Of a stretch of 64,000 bases of DNA, positions 1 through 9,506 are shown piece by piece; within the stretch, counting starts at the first letter, position 1, and the number at the start of each line of letters is the position of its first letter. The notes under the pieces were generated by a model that saw only the letters and a list, made by a program, of their open reading frames with translations, was not told the origin of the DNA and did not search any database. This DNA is from Wickerhamiella versatilis (taxonomy: Eukaryota): positions 2,232,001-2,296,000 of the forward strand of contig JAQOWU010000008.1 in assembly GCA_030867685.1 (NCBI GenBank), written 5' to 3'. A program made the translations under genes and the position numbers.

Positions 1-2
1 GT

Positions 3-716
3 TTACTGCTTGTTCGCCTCGTCCTCCTGCGTGGCTCTTTGTTGTCGCTGCTGCTCCTCCTCGAGAGACATGCGAAGTGCCATTTCGAGTTCGGGATCAG
101 CATCCGCTCCCAAATCGTCATCCATAAATCCAGTTTCACCGCCTGACTCGGCAGCACCAAGAATAGCTGAGTGGGAGACCTGCTCCGAAAGCCAATACGG
201 TCCTGGGGGGACATCAAGTAAATGAGAATTGTCACCTGAATTCACTGTGTCGACAAACAACTGAAGTTTTGCAGTATTGTCTGCCTCCTGGCCGAAATTT
301 ACGAAATCAATAGCGATATTATTCTTCTTCATTTTAGCTGCGAGACGCTGCAAATCATGCTCGCTCTCGGTAACTGGTGAACCAACAAAAACCACAATCC
401 GCTGTCGCTGGTTCTTGTTCTGTCGGTGGCGCAGTGCCAGCTGCGCGACTTGGACAGCAGCACTTAAACGCGAGTTACCTGTGATCTTAGTCTCCTTGCA
501 AGCGTAAAGAAACTTGCCGGTATCAGTTATGAACGTAACTTTAACGTCACCTGCCATTGTCATCAGACCAACAGTATTCTCAGGGTTGGCTCTGGTTTTA
601 GCATTGAACACAGTCTGCGCAGCCTCTATTTCTGCAGCAAACCGTGATGGCAAGTAGTCGCCGTTTCGCATATACTCGCTGGTATCCAGCACAATCATCG
701 TTGCCTCAAGAACCAT
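3..716 (-). CDS. RPN10: 26S proteasome regulatory subunit Rpn10 (vWA + UIM), complete
   Basis: MVLEATMIVLDTSEYMRNGDY, LRHRQNKNQRQRIVVFVGSP and UIM DPELEMALRMSLEEE; stop TAA at 5-3. Confidence 0.97.
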   Translation of the reverse strand: MVLEATMIVLDTSEYMRNGDYLPSRFAAEIEAAQTVFNAKTRANPENTVGLMTMAGDVKVTFITDTGKFLYACKETKITGNSRLSAAVQVAQLALRHRQNKNQRQRIVVFVGSPVTESEHDLQRLAAKMKKNNIAIDFVNFGQEADNTAKLQLFVDTVNSGDNSHLLDVPPGPYWLSEQVSHSAILGAAESGGETGFMDDDLGADADPELEMALRMSLEEEQQRQQRATQEDEANKQ

Positions 717-1296
717 TCTGGAGATGCTTACAAACTGATGTACTGAACTTGAATGTAAGGTCTGGCGACGCTGGATAAATTGAAGATTCTACCCATGTAG
801 GCATTGTTTTATTGATTCTCCTTCAATTATAGTGACTTCACTGTTACATGTTAGTCGTTGATGCCACGAAATGGCAAATTAGAGAACCCTTTGTGCATAC
901 TAGGTAGTTTAATCGTAGTGCTGAGATATTTATATTCTCATTCCTTACTATAGCTTTTAAATTCAAGCTTTGACCTATAGTTAATTATTATATGGCTACC
1001 AATTCACATTTCACTTTCTTGATAATTATGTTATCTATTTTTGTGGTGCAACATTATACATTTCATCTTGGAATTAGAAATTTAAAAGAAGATCGAAACA
1101 AGGCTGTATAAATTTATTCAATAAGAGCTCGCAGTGAAAAACTAGCTATTGCCAACTAAAACATGATTTCCATAAGTTGCATCTAGACATAGTCGATTAA
1201 ACGTATGTTCAGTATGTACATGAATATATTAATGTAAACGCTCAGAACACAATGATTGTGAAGTATTGGAGACCTCTACTTTTTTTTTGACACTGA

Positions 1297-1773
1297 TCAA
1301 CTCGTCGAGCGATCCTCTGAATTGACAATTTCAGCATCATCGTGGAAAGCGATAACATTCGCAGCCCACGGGTTGTCACTACTTTCCACCAGTCTCAACC
1401 GGTCAAGACGACGCTGGCGCAACTGATTCTTCGGTAGCATTCCGGACACAGCTCTTTTTAAAATTTCGCCGCCACCTTTCCGGGATTTAAGGTCAGCGAG
1501 AGTGATTTCATGGAGATTTCCTGGCTTTCCACTATGCGACCTGTATAGCTTATATTGGTCCTTTTTTCCGGTAGTGTAAATGTATTGACAGTTGGTTACC
1601 ACGACATAGTCACCACAGTCGCTGCCATCATAGTAAACTGGCTTATGCTTTCCCTGTAAAACGGTTGCAATAGATGTAGCAAGGCGTCCTAGTGGACGTG
1701 GATCACGTGCTACATCCACATGATGCCAAGTCCTTGCAAATCCCAGAGCAGATTTGCCAATATACTTCGACAT
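1297..1773 (-). CDS. MRPL23: Mitochondrial ribosomal protein uL13m
   Basis: L13 motifs [35 protein letters not shown]. Confidence 0.95.
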   Translation of the reverse strand: MSKYIGKSALGFARTWHHVDVARDPRPLGRLATSIATVLQGKHKPVYYDGSDCGDYVVVTNCQYIYTTGKKDQYKLYRSHSGKPGNLHEITLADLKSRKGGGEILKRAVSGMLPKNQLRQRRLDRLRLVESSDNPWAANVIAFHDDAEIVNSEDRSTS

Positions 1774-2035
1774 GTATTTCTTTCCTTCTGAGGACTGGAT
1801 GAATAATCAACAATCCAAGAGGTTAAGATGGTTATTTCGCGTGAGAGTCGCTGCGTTATTTTACATACTTAAGACCCTACCAGATGTGCTGTAAAAATTA
1901 TAACTTTGTCATATATTTTGATAGAAAGCTACTAATTTAAATCAATTTGCACTTACAGCAAATAGCCCTACCCAAACCCTTTGTGTAACTACACTGCGCC
2001 GCAGCTACGAGTCGCGAGAGAAATATACTGGTGAA

Positions 2036-4315
2036 ATGAGAGGGGGAGTGCCATTAGGCCTTTTATTTCTGATATCATTAATTTTATCTCTCAAATTTGC
2101 ATATAATGAGCCTAACACGTGCTCGATGTCTTGGAGTAGACCGGTGTACCACCCGATAACGGTTGTAGCTCCCAAGGCTAAAAAGGCGCAGAAGTATGGA
2201 ATCTTCCTATATAGAGAGGGAGGAGCGTCGAGAAAATTTGTAGAGCCCTCATCACTGGGTGGAACCCCCATTTTATTTCTTCCCGGTAACGCGGGCTCAT
2301 ACAATCAGGGCCGAAGCTTTGCAGCTCGCTCTGCAGTTGTCACCAAAGAGACGGATAGCAGCTTGGAGTTTGATTGGTTTCTTGCCGACTTTGATGAGGA
2401 TTTGAGTGCAATGCACGGACGAACTCTGCTAGATGAAGCTGAATATGTAAATGAGGCAATTCAACATATTTTGAGCCTCTATTCTGACTTTGAAACACCA
2501 CCCACATCAGTAATACTTGTATGTCACTCTATGGGGGGTATAGTTGCTCGCTTATTGCCCACCCTGTCTGGATACAAGCCAGGAAGTATTAATACCATTA
2601 TAACGCTGTCCACTCCTCATGCAATCCCACCTTTAACATGGGATAGGGATATTACTGGTATCTATGATATCATAAACCAGCATTGGAGAATCCAACCTGA
2701 AAAAGATATTTCGCTGGTGTCGATTGCAGGTGGTCATGCTGATCTCATGGTTGTTCCTGACTATACAAGTGTAGAATCCATTAGGACTGGATCCAATGCT
2801 CTAACTGCCTTTTCATATTCCATTCCGGGTGTATGGAAGGGAATTGATCACCTTGCAGTGGTTTGGTGTGCAGAATTAAGAGATGCGGTTACCGATTGTC
2901 TGTTTAGCATGGCAGACCCTTCTTCTGCCTCGCGAACACTCCCACTGGAAGAACGTATGGAAAAGTTTTCTAGAAGGCTGCAAACCCCCCTCGATAATAT
3001 TCTTAAAGATGGTGATACTATTATTTTCAATAGTGAATCCCCCCGAAGCTTCTCCTCACCCGTCGGAGAAATGTCGCTTGAAGCATCGAACTACAGTACA
3101 GCTGAAAATGAGGAGAAAGTGGACATAACACGTTTACAGGTGACGGGATGGCCATCATGGAAGCTAAGAATGACATCACGATTCGTTGATATTGCATTAC
3201 AAGATATTAATAGCAGCCTTATCGCTCTCCGACTTAATGGCCAGGGTGTTGAAGCTTTCCGTCATGTGTTCCCAGGAACGGGAGATTCCCGCTGGTATAA
3301 TGGTGATAGTGCATCAGTCGTATGGTATTCTCGTGGCCCTTATGTCCCATATGACCCCTCTTACCCAGAACATTTGCACATACAAGCAATAGGCAAGCCA
3401 GATGCGTTGATAGAAATTTCCATTGATTGGATTTCCACGCTGGCAAATATTGCAACACGTTACCGCACCCTTGTCGCAGTCTGGCCTCTTGCTATTACCC
3501 TAGTATGTCTTGCGATGCAATTGGGTACAAAGCCTGTATCATTTAAAGTGTGCTTTTCAGCTTTTATGTCTCTATATTTTTGGTATATGGTCATTGGACT
3601 GACCATTTTGCATTTACTTCTGGGTATTCCGTTGGTTCGTGACTCTGTGAGAGCGCTTCAGTTTCCATCGGAAAAAACAAACATGATGTCCCTGAAACAT
3701 GTAGGATTTGACATCAATGAGCTACTTCTTGGCACTAGCTTACTTGGTACTGCCATAGTTCCCTTTTTTCTCCTCTCAGTCGCCACTTCGGCTGTATTTT
3801 TATTGGATAAGGTTGCTGCAGTGATTGTCTACTTCAACCGCTTCCACAATTTTCATCTTCCCAAGAGGATACCGCTTTGGTTCTGGTGTGTGTTGCTAAC
3901 CGGTCTACTTTTTGTGCCATTTCAAGTTACTACCGTAGCATTTGCCTTATTGCAGCTATTGGCTACAAGAGGTACTCAAGGATGGCATTACACATTTAGC
4001 TTGGTTCTCTGCTGGATAGCGATTATTGATGCGCCAATATTACTGGTGTGGATGAGAAATTTAACGTGGAAATGGGCATGGGCCTTTGCAACAGTACGAA
4101 ATGTCATAGCTGCCGCGCCAATTGTGATTTTTGTTTGGATCAAACCAGATAAAATACCATTGAGATATATGCGCTTCACCAAATTAATCTTGGCATATAC
4201 AGTAATTTACTCATTGCTCTATGGATTTATGCATACGTTTGTGCTGCACCATCTCATCTCCTACTTCTGCGGATGGGTACTGGTTTTACTGCTTGAAAAA
4301 AAAACTAGAGAATAA
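2036..4315 (+). CDS. BST1: GPI inositol-deacylase (PGAP1 family)
   Basis: CSMSWSRP, PILFLPGNAGSYNQGRS, xHSMGG nucleophile, IDHLAVVWC, multi-TM C-terminus. Confidence 0.93.
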   Translation: MRGGVPLGLLFLISLILSLKFAYNEPNTCSMSWSRPVYHPITVVAPKAKKAQKYGIFLYREGGASRKFVEPSSLGGTPILFLPGNAGSYNQGRSFAARSAVVTKETDSSLEFDWFLADFDEDLSAMHGRTLLDEAEYVNEAIQHILSLYSDFETPPTSVILVCHSMGGIVARLLPTLSGYKPGSINTIITLSTPHAIPPLTWDRDITGIYDIINQHWRIQPEKDISLVSIAGGHADLMVVPDYTSVESIRTGSNALTAFSYSIPGVWKGIDHLAVVWCAELRDAVTDCLFSMADPSSASRTLPLEERMEKFSRRLQTPLDNILKDGDTIIFNSESPRSFSSPVGEMSLEASNYSTAENEEKVDITRLQVTGWPSWKLRMTSRFVDIALQDINSSLIALRLNGQGVEAFRHVFPGTGDSRWYNGDSASVVWYSRGPYVPYDPSYPEHLHIQAIGKPDALIEISIDWISTLANIATRYRTLVAVWPLAITLVCLAMQLGTKPVSFKVCFSAFMSLYFWYMVIGLTILHLLLGIPLVRDSVRALQFPSEKTNMMSLKHVGFDINELLLGTSLLGTAIVPFFLLSVATSAVFLLDKVAAVIVYFNRFHNFHLPKRIPLWFWCVLLTGLLFVPFQVTTVAFALLQLLATRGTQGWHYTFSLVLCWIAIIDAPILLVWMRNLTWKWAWAFATVRNVIAAAPIVIFVWIKPDKIPLRYMRFTKLILAYTVIYSLLYGFMHTFVLHHLISYFCGWVLVLLLEKKTRE

Positions 4316-4360
4316 TAAGTATGTTTGCAGAGCAACATAAAAAATAAATCTAAATCCACT

Positions 4361-7300
4361 CTATTCAACTCCAGGTTCTACGTTGTCCCACCAGTCTGTA
4401 CCATTAATTGTGGCACTGATGATACCCTTTCGGATTACAAAATCTCCAAAAGGCTCACCATCAGTCCTCTCTAAAGCCCACTGCTTAAACATTGGCTTCA
4501 ATGTCTTTAATATCTCATCTTCTTTAAGCGAGGATCGGTAAAGTTTGTTGAGTCGTTGACCGACATGTCCACCTCCCAGCATAAGGTTATATGCTCCATA
4601 GGCTTTGCCGATAAGGGCGACCTCCCCAAGCCATCCTCGAGAACATCCATTCGGACAGCCACCCATTCTCATCACAATCGAATCATGTCTCAATCCATAT
4701 TCCTCAAGTGCAGACTCTAGCTTGGTTATCAATTCCGGTAAGTATCTTTCTGACTCTGCCATAGCGAGGCCACATGTGGGGAATGCTACACATGATGCCG
4801 ATGCCAGACGTAATCCCGAGAAGGCCAGGTTGTCCAATTGGTACTTTGACATTAGCTCTGATACTTGCGGCTTGAAACTATCTGGTATGTTAGAAAGAAT
4901 CACATGCTGATTCGCGGTGAGTCGGAATTCACCGAACTTATTTTTCTCAAAATACTGAGCAATCTCACGCAATCCAGTTCTTTGCTGTAACTCAGGAGTA
5001 TCCTCTACTCGACCGTTTTCGATGAAACAAGTGAAATGGTTATTTCCTTCCTCATCACGGATCCACCCGTAAGGATCAACGTTAGTCTTGAAAGGAACGT
5101 GTTCACGTGCAGGCTCAAGTTCATAACCCAAATATTCCTGGAGCTTAGCCTTGAAGCCATCGACTGTCAAATCATCAACAACGTACTTCAAACGTGCGTG
5201 TTTACGGTTCTTACGGTCACCGAAATCACGGTGGATCATCATGACCTTTTCAGCGAAATCTACAGCCTTGGACACTGGAACAAATCCCATCAGCGAACCC
5301 ACCCGTGGGTAAGTCTTACGATTATTATGAGTAGTGCCCATACCACCTCCCACAAGTGCATTGTATCCTTCCACTTCATTCTTCTCGTTCACAATGGCAA
5401 TAAAACCGATATCATGTCCATAGACATCTGCATCATTATAGGGGGGTACAGATATATTGATTTTGAATTTGCGAGGTAAGTATGTAGGTCCATATAATGG
5501 TTCTTTGTCTTCGATCGTAGATTGACCCACCAAAGTGCGGTCTTTCTTCTGGTACGCAGTGTTTTGCGACTCCCATGCTTTAAACTGACCATTATCTGCC
5601 GGATCAGTCGCATCATCACCTTCTAGCCAAATTTCATAGTAGGAAGTAGACCTCCAGATCAAGTTATCACTTAACGACTTCGCTGTGTTGAAAATTTGGC
5701 GATGGACAGCGGCATTGTGGGTTGATGACGAGGTAACGACACCACGAATATTATCTCCACAGGCTGCGACCGTATCGAGCAGTTCAGAATTGAGACCACG
5801 GATTGCTGGCTTCAGATTCTCCTTGATTATTCCATGAAGTTGGAAAGTACCACGGGTTGAAATCTTGAACGTCTCGTTACCACGTGTGGAGGAAAGCTCA
5901 TCAACTTTAAGCCACTGGCGTGGCGAAGCAACCGATCCGGGAAGCCGCAAGCGAGCCATAAAGATATATGCAGGTTCCAAGCCTTCTGCCTTTCTAACGT
6001 CTCGCACATCTCTATCATCCTGCATGTAAATGCCATGAAACTTGGTCAATTGCTGGTCATCAGCACTGACTGCTCCAGTAGATTCATCCTGAAGACCTTC
6101 AGCAATCGTACCACGCAAATAATTGGAAGCCAACTTTATATCTTCATTGGTCTTGGGGGGAGGCTCGTCCGCGACTGCTACATTGGCAACACCAAGAGCT
6201 TCCCAGACCTTTGGCTCCCATTCATTGTAACCAGTGGCCCAGCCATCAGCGCCCTGGTCATCACCTTGGCCGAGGGGCACCAGTTCCTCAGCACCCAACA
6301 ATTTTAGTTTTGCAGAGAGATCGTTAGAGGGCTTATTGTAATAGTGCTTGTCTTGCTTCCTAGGCCAATACTGAGAGTCACCCATTCCAAACACTCCCAC
6401 TTTCACCGAGCTCAAATCAAGATCTGTTGCGTTCTTCAGCTGGTCCCATAGAGCACGGCCATTTTGCGGGAATTCTCCCTGGCCTGCAGTTGATGTCACA
6501 AAAATCACATGCTGCTCATTAGTTAGGGCCTCAACTTCTTCTATATCATCGAAAGCACATACAGTAGACTTCAAACCACGCTGCTTTGCTCTTCTGGCAA
6601 GACGACGTGCAACATTCTCTGCCTGTCCACCATCTGATGCGAATAAAACAAGAACAGGGGGTCCACTCAAGCCTTCTAGAAGTTGTGCGTAGGCAGACTT
6701 TGCCTTCTGAAGCTGAGATTTAACGTTCGTGCGATTCTCATCAAGTTCCAGATCCCTGGCAACCCGTGGCTTCTGTGAGGCTAACAAAGAAAGCTTGTTG
6801 CGACGTTCAAGGTACATCTCCAGGTTCTTTCTAATAGTATAACTATCCAGAATGAACTCGTCGTTAGTTGGCCTGTAACGGTAAAGCGGCCAGTAACCTG
6901 TTTCAACGGCTCTCTTCGTCTCCTTCAAAGAATCGAGGGCATCTGAGCCCCTAGGCAAGTAGGCAAGAACTATCGCAGGCCCATCGAATGCTTGGGCTTC
7001 AAGCAAAGCTTGTAGAACCTGCGTATATGAAGAGTAAATGGCCACAGACGCTACATAGACGGGTTCAGTGAAACCCAGAGCGTAAAGTCCAATGTCCTTC
7101 TTCCGCTGACGGGTACTGCGTATTTCAGATTCAGGGCTTGAGTCAATAACCAGCATTTTGACATTCTTGCCTGATGTCAAGACATGATGCGCACCAGAGT
7201 TTCCGAGATCGTAGGCCCAAGCATCGCTTCCTACAATCCAGTTTTCATGGTTCACATACTGCGAAAGTCCCGCATCATTGAGTTTCTTGTTGAGTTCGCC

Positions 7301-8503
7301 ACCTGCTTTTCCTGAACTAGTTACCCACTCTGAAATGAGATTAGAATGGGGTTCACCTTTCTTTACAAGATCTGGTGCTTCCCTAAGAAGCTCTGCTTGC
7401 CGCCTATCAAACTCCAAATATCTCCCGAATCCATATTCAGGAACATCCTCATTCAGAATTCTTAACCAGGGGAACAATTGATGGAGCACTTGGGTATACG
7501 CCTGCTCCTGCTTGCGGGACTGAGTCACTATAGCTTCTTCCTCGAGGTGAATTTGTGCTGCTTTTAGGGGTGATCCCACCAATGGCGGCAAATCAAAAGG
7601 GCTATCAAAATTAAGAGACTCAAGCGCCTTTTGAGGTTCGTCAAGGATTCCTAGGCGGAATGATCCGATATTCTCAAACCTTGATAAAGTTTCACGGCTT
7701 GCGCCAAATATGTCCTGTGTCAACGGAAGCATTAGCCCAGGGGATGGGGCTGCAATTTGCTCCAGGACCACAATATCTTTCACCTGTGGAGGAAGTGTAT
7801 TCAGTAAAGCATCCGGATCTAAAGGCGAATAAACCCGTGCAGTTAAGAGACCGTATTCAAGGAGATCTGCAGCCTCTGCGAGGCTCTCAGATACGTTACC
7901 GAAAATTAATAGAGCTTTTTTAGCGTTACTGGGGCCACGGTACTCATATTTCTCGTAATTGCCTCCAATAGCCTCCAATGCATTTTCTACAGCACCAAGT
8001 GGCTCAACAGCCTTTTCCTCTGGCGCCGCACCTGTAGCAAGGGCCGCACCAAGCAATTCCTGACTCCATTTAGTAGGGGCTGATCTTTCAACCTGAGCGT
8101 AGAAATGGATAACGGGTTGTTCCAAGCGCTCTGAAGTCACAAATGCAGCCAAAGCAGTATCCTGTGCATCCTCAGGACCGAAGCTCTGCAAAAATACGAA
8201 GCCACATTGCCTGAGAGCAGAAATACTACTGAAATCACCGGAAGGGGCGACTTCGGCATGGAAGACAACCTTCCGCCCTAGAAGACCCTGGAAGTGTCCA
8301 AGACCTTCGAAGAGAGCTTGTGCTGGCAATCGTACTGATACAGGAGGCTCTCCAGCCTCAGGATGATCGTCCAACCAAGCGACAACCTCGCCCACGGGGT
8401 CAGCACGTTGCAGCAGTCCCTTAGGTTCTCCTACCACAAAGGTTTGGGACCCAAGTGCAGTCGCCAAATTTGCAACAGCCTCACGTGAGCTACCCACGTT
8501 CAT
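4361..8503 (-). CDS. MET5: Sulfite reductase beta subunit (PFOR-like + flavodoxin + siroheme/4Fe-4S)
   Basis: WIVGSDAWAYDLG, flavodoxin FASDGG/TSTAGQGEFP, FHGIYMQDDRD, CVAFPTCGLA, GCPNGC. Confidence 0.97.
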   Translation of the reverse strand: MNVGSSREAVANLATALGSQTFVVGEPKGLLQRADPVGEVVAWLDDHPEAGEPPVSVRLPAQALFEGLGHFQGLLGRKVVFHAEVAPSGDFSSISALRQCGFVFLQSFGPEDAQDTALAAFVTSERLEQPVIHFYAQVERSAPTKWSQELLGAALATGAAPEEKAVEPLGAVENALEAIGGNYEKYEYRGPSNAKKALLIFGNVSESLAEAADLLEYGLLTARVYSPLDPDALLNTLPPQVKDIVVLEQIAAPSPGLMLPLTQDIFGASRETLSRFENIGSFRLGILDEPQKALESLNFDSPFDLPPLVGSPLKAAQIHLEEEAIVTQSRKQEQAYTQVLHQLFPWLRILNEDVPEYGFGRYLEFDRRQAELLREAPDLVKKGEPHSNLISEWVTSSGKAGGELNKKLNDAGLSQYVNHENWIVGSDAWAYDLGNSGAHHVLTSGKNVKMLVIDSSPESEIRSTRQRKKDIGLYALGFTEPVYVASVAIYSSYTQVLQALLEAQAFDGPAIVLAYLPRGSDALDSLKETKRAVETGYWPLYRYRPTNDEFILDSYTIRKNLEMYLERRNKLSLLASQKPRVARDLELDENRTNVKSQLQKAKSAYAQLLEGLSGPPVLVLFASDGGQAENVARRLARRAKQRGLKSTVCAFDDIEEVEALTNEQHVIFVTSTAGQGEFPQNGRALWDQLKNATDLDLSSVKVGVFGMGDSQYWPRKQDKHYYNKPSNDLSAKLKLLGAEELVPLGQGDDQGADGWATGYNEWEPKVWEALGVANVAVADEPPPKTNEDIKLASNYLRGTIAEGLQDESTGAVSADDQQLTKFHGIYMQDDRDVRDVRKAEGLEPAYIFMARLRLPGSVASPRQWLKVDELSSTRGNETFKISTRGTFQLHGIIKENLKPAIRGLNSELLDTVAACGDNIRGVVTSSSTHNAAVHRQIFNTAKSLSDNLIWRSTSYYEIWLEGDDATDPADNGQFKAWESQNTAYQKKDRTLVGQSTIEDKEPLYGPTYLPRKFKINISVPPYNDADVYGHDIGFIAIVNEKNEVEGYNALVGGGMGTTHNNRKTYPRVGSLMGFVPVSKAVDFAEKVMMIHRDFGDRKNRKHARLKYVVDDLTVDGFKAKLQEYLGYELEPAREHVPFKTNVDPYGWIRDEEGNNHFTCFIENGRVEDTPELQQRTGLREIAQYFEKNKFGEFRLTANQHVILSNIPDSFKPQVSELMSKYQLDNLAFSGLRLASASCVAFPTCGLAMAESERYLPELITKLESALEEYGLRHDSIVMRMGGCPNGCSRGWLGEVALIGKAYGAYNLMLGGGHVGQRLNKLYRSSLKEDEILKTLKPMFKQWALERTDGEPFGDFVIRKGIISATINGTDWWDNVEPGVE

Positions 8504-8583
8504 TCCTCTGCTGAAATTTTCAAAAACGAACTATTTATTGTTCAATTAGACACCCGGAATTCGGTGTTGGGACCAGATCTGAA

Positions 8584-8752
8584 ATCACGTGTGATTACGC
8601 AACTGGCGTTGTTCTATGATATCGTGATAATGAGTCAATTCAGGTATATTATGCTATTTGGCTACACATAGGCGTGTATATACATTTTAGTTTTTAGTCC
8701 ACGGAAAGTGGATATCCATCTTTTTTGATTGGTTAGATCGTTCACACGTGAT
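8584..8752. promoter_or_regulatory. MET5 upstream region: two Cbf1-type TCACGTG sites, a Gcn4-type ATGAGTCA and a CCAAT box
   Basis: ATCACGTGTGA at 8584-8594 and its exact reverse complement at 8742-8752; ATGAGTCA 8630-8637; TGATTGG 8726-8732. Confidence 0.7.
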
Positions 8753-9286
8753 CTGTCTTGTGATTCATATGACTAAACATATATTAATTTTACTTAATGT
8801 TACTGGCCGTGGAGTCTCTCCCCGTATTATGCTTTGGATCCCTCCCCTTCCTGGCTCATAAGTGCTAATATTTAATATATAATCGATTTTCCCACTTCTC
8901 TGCAGTATTTGCTAGAGGCTATGCAATGACAAAGTAGTTGTATTAACGTGTTAAAAAATTTTAGGATGTATACTGTGGGCTAAAGGCATGCGCCTAGCTC
9001 AGTCGCTCGCTAGGCGCTTGGTACATAGCCTATTAATCTGGACTAACTGATAGAGGCATCTGCAGTAGGAGTCACACATATGCCTACAATAAGCAGTCGT
9101 GAGAACATGTAAATTACTAATATTGAATGTTGGGATTGGTTTAAATGGTCTACGACTAATTGCGGAATTTTCGTCGATTTGTATTGCTAGCTGGAAATCG
9201 ATCGGGGGTATAGGCAATCTTGATGATCACCAGTACCCATATCTCTTCTGAACCCGATATTTTTTTTTCTTTCTATCTTTTTTTTT

Positions 9287-9467
9287 CCAATCAACTAATT
9301 TGCACTAGGCCGGTAGTAAGTAACCCGGAAAAATACCTTAACAACTAATTTGCACTAACCGGAGTCTATATCTTGTACAAAGACGTCGAAAGTTTGTCTT
9401 TCTTCCTTCTTAAGTCTAACGCCTTCGGAATAGTCAAGAGCGGATTAGTCACATACTCATCCAATCA
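9287..9467 (+). promoter_or_regulatory. Complex I 75-kDa gene promoter: CCAATCA boxes and a 16-bp direct repeat
   Basis: CCAATCA at 9287-9293 and 9461-9467; CAACTAATTTGCACTA at 9292-9307 and 9342-9357. Confidence 0.55.
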
Positions 9468-9506
9468 AGAATCAAGTAATCTGATTGATTACCCACCCAC
9501 ACACCG

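Noticed and set aside
861-880. Rpn4 PACE-like sequences upstream of RPN10 (TGCCAC, ATGGCAAA)
   Set aside because: Only partial matches to GGTGGCAAA; not distinguishable from chance
8999-9217. 72-aa minus-strand ORF in the MET5-NUAM spacer
   Set aside because: No ATG start and no recognisable motif; lies in promoter DNA
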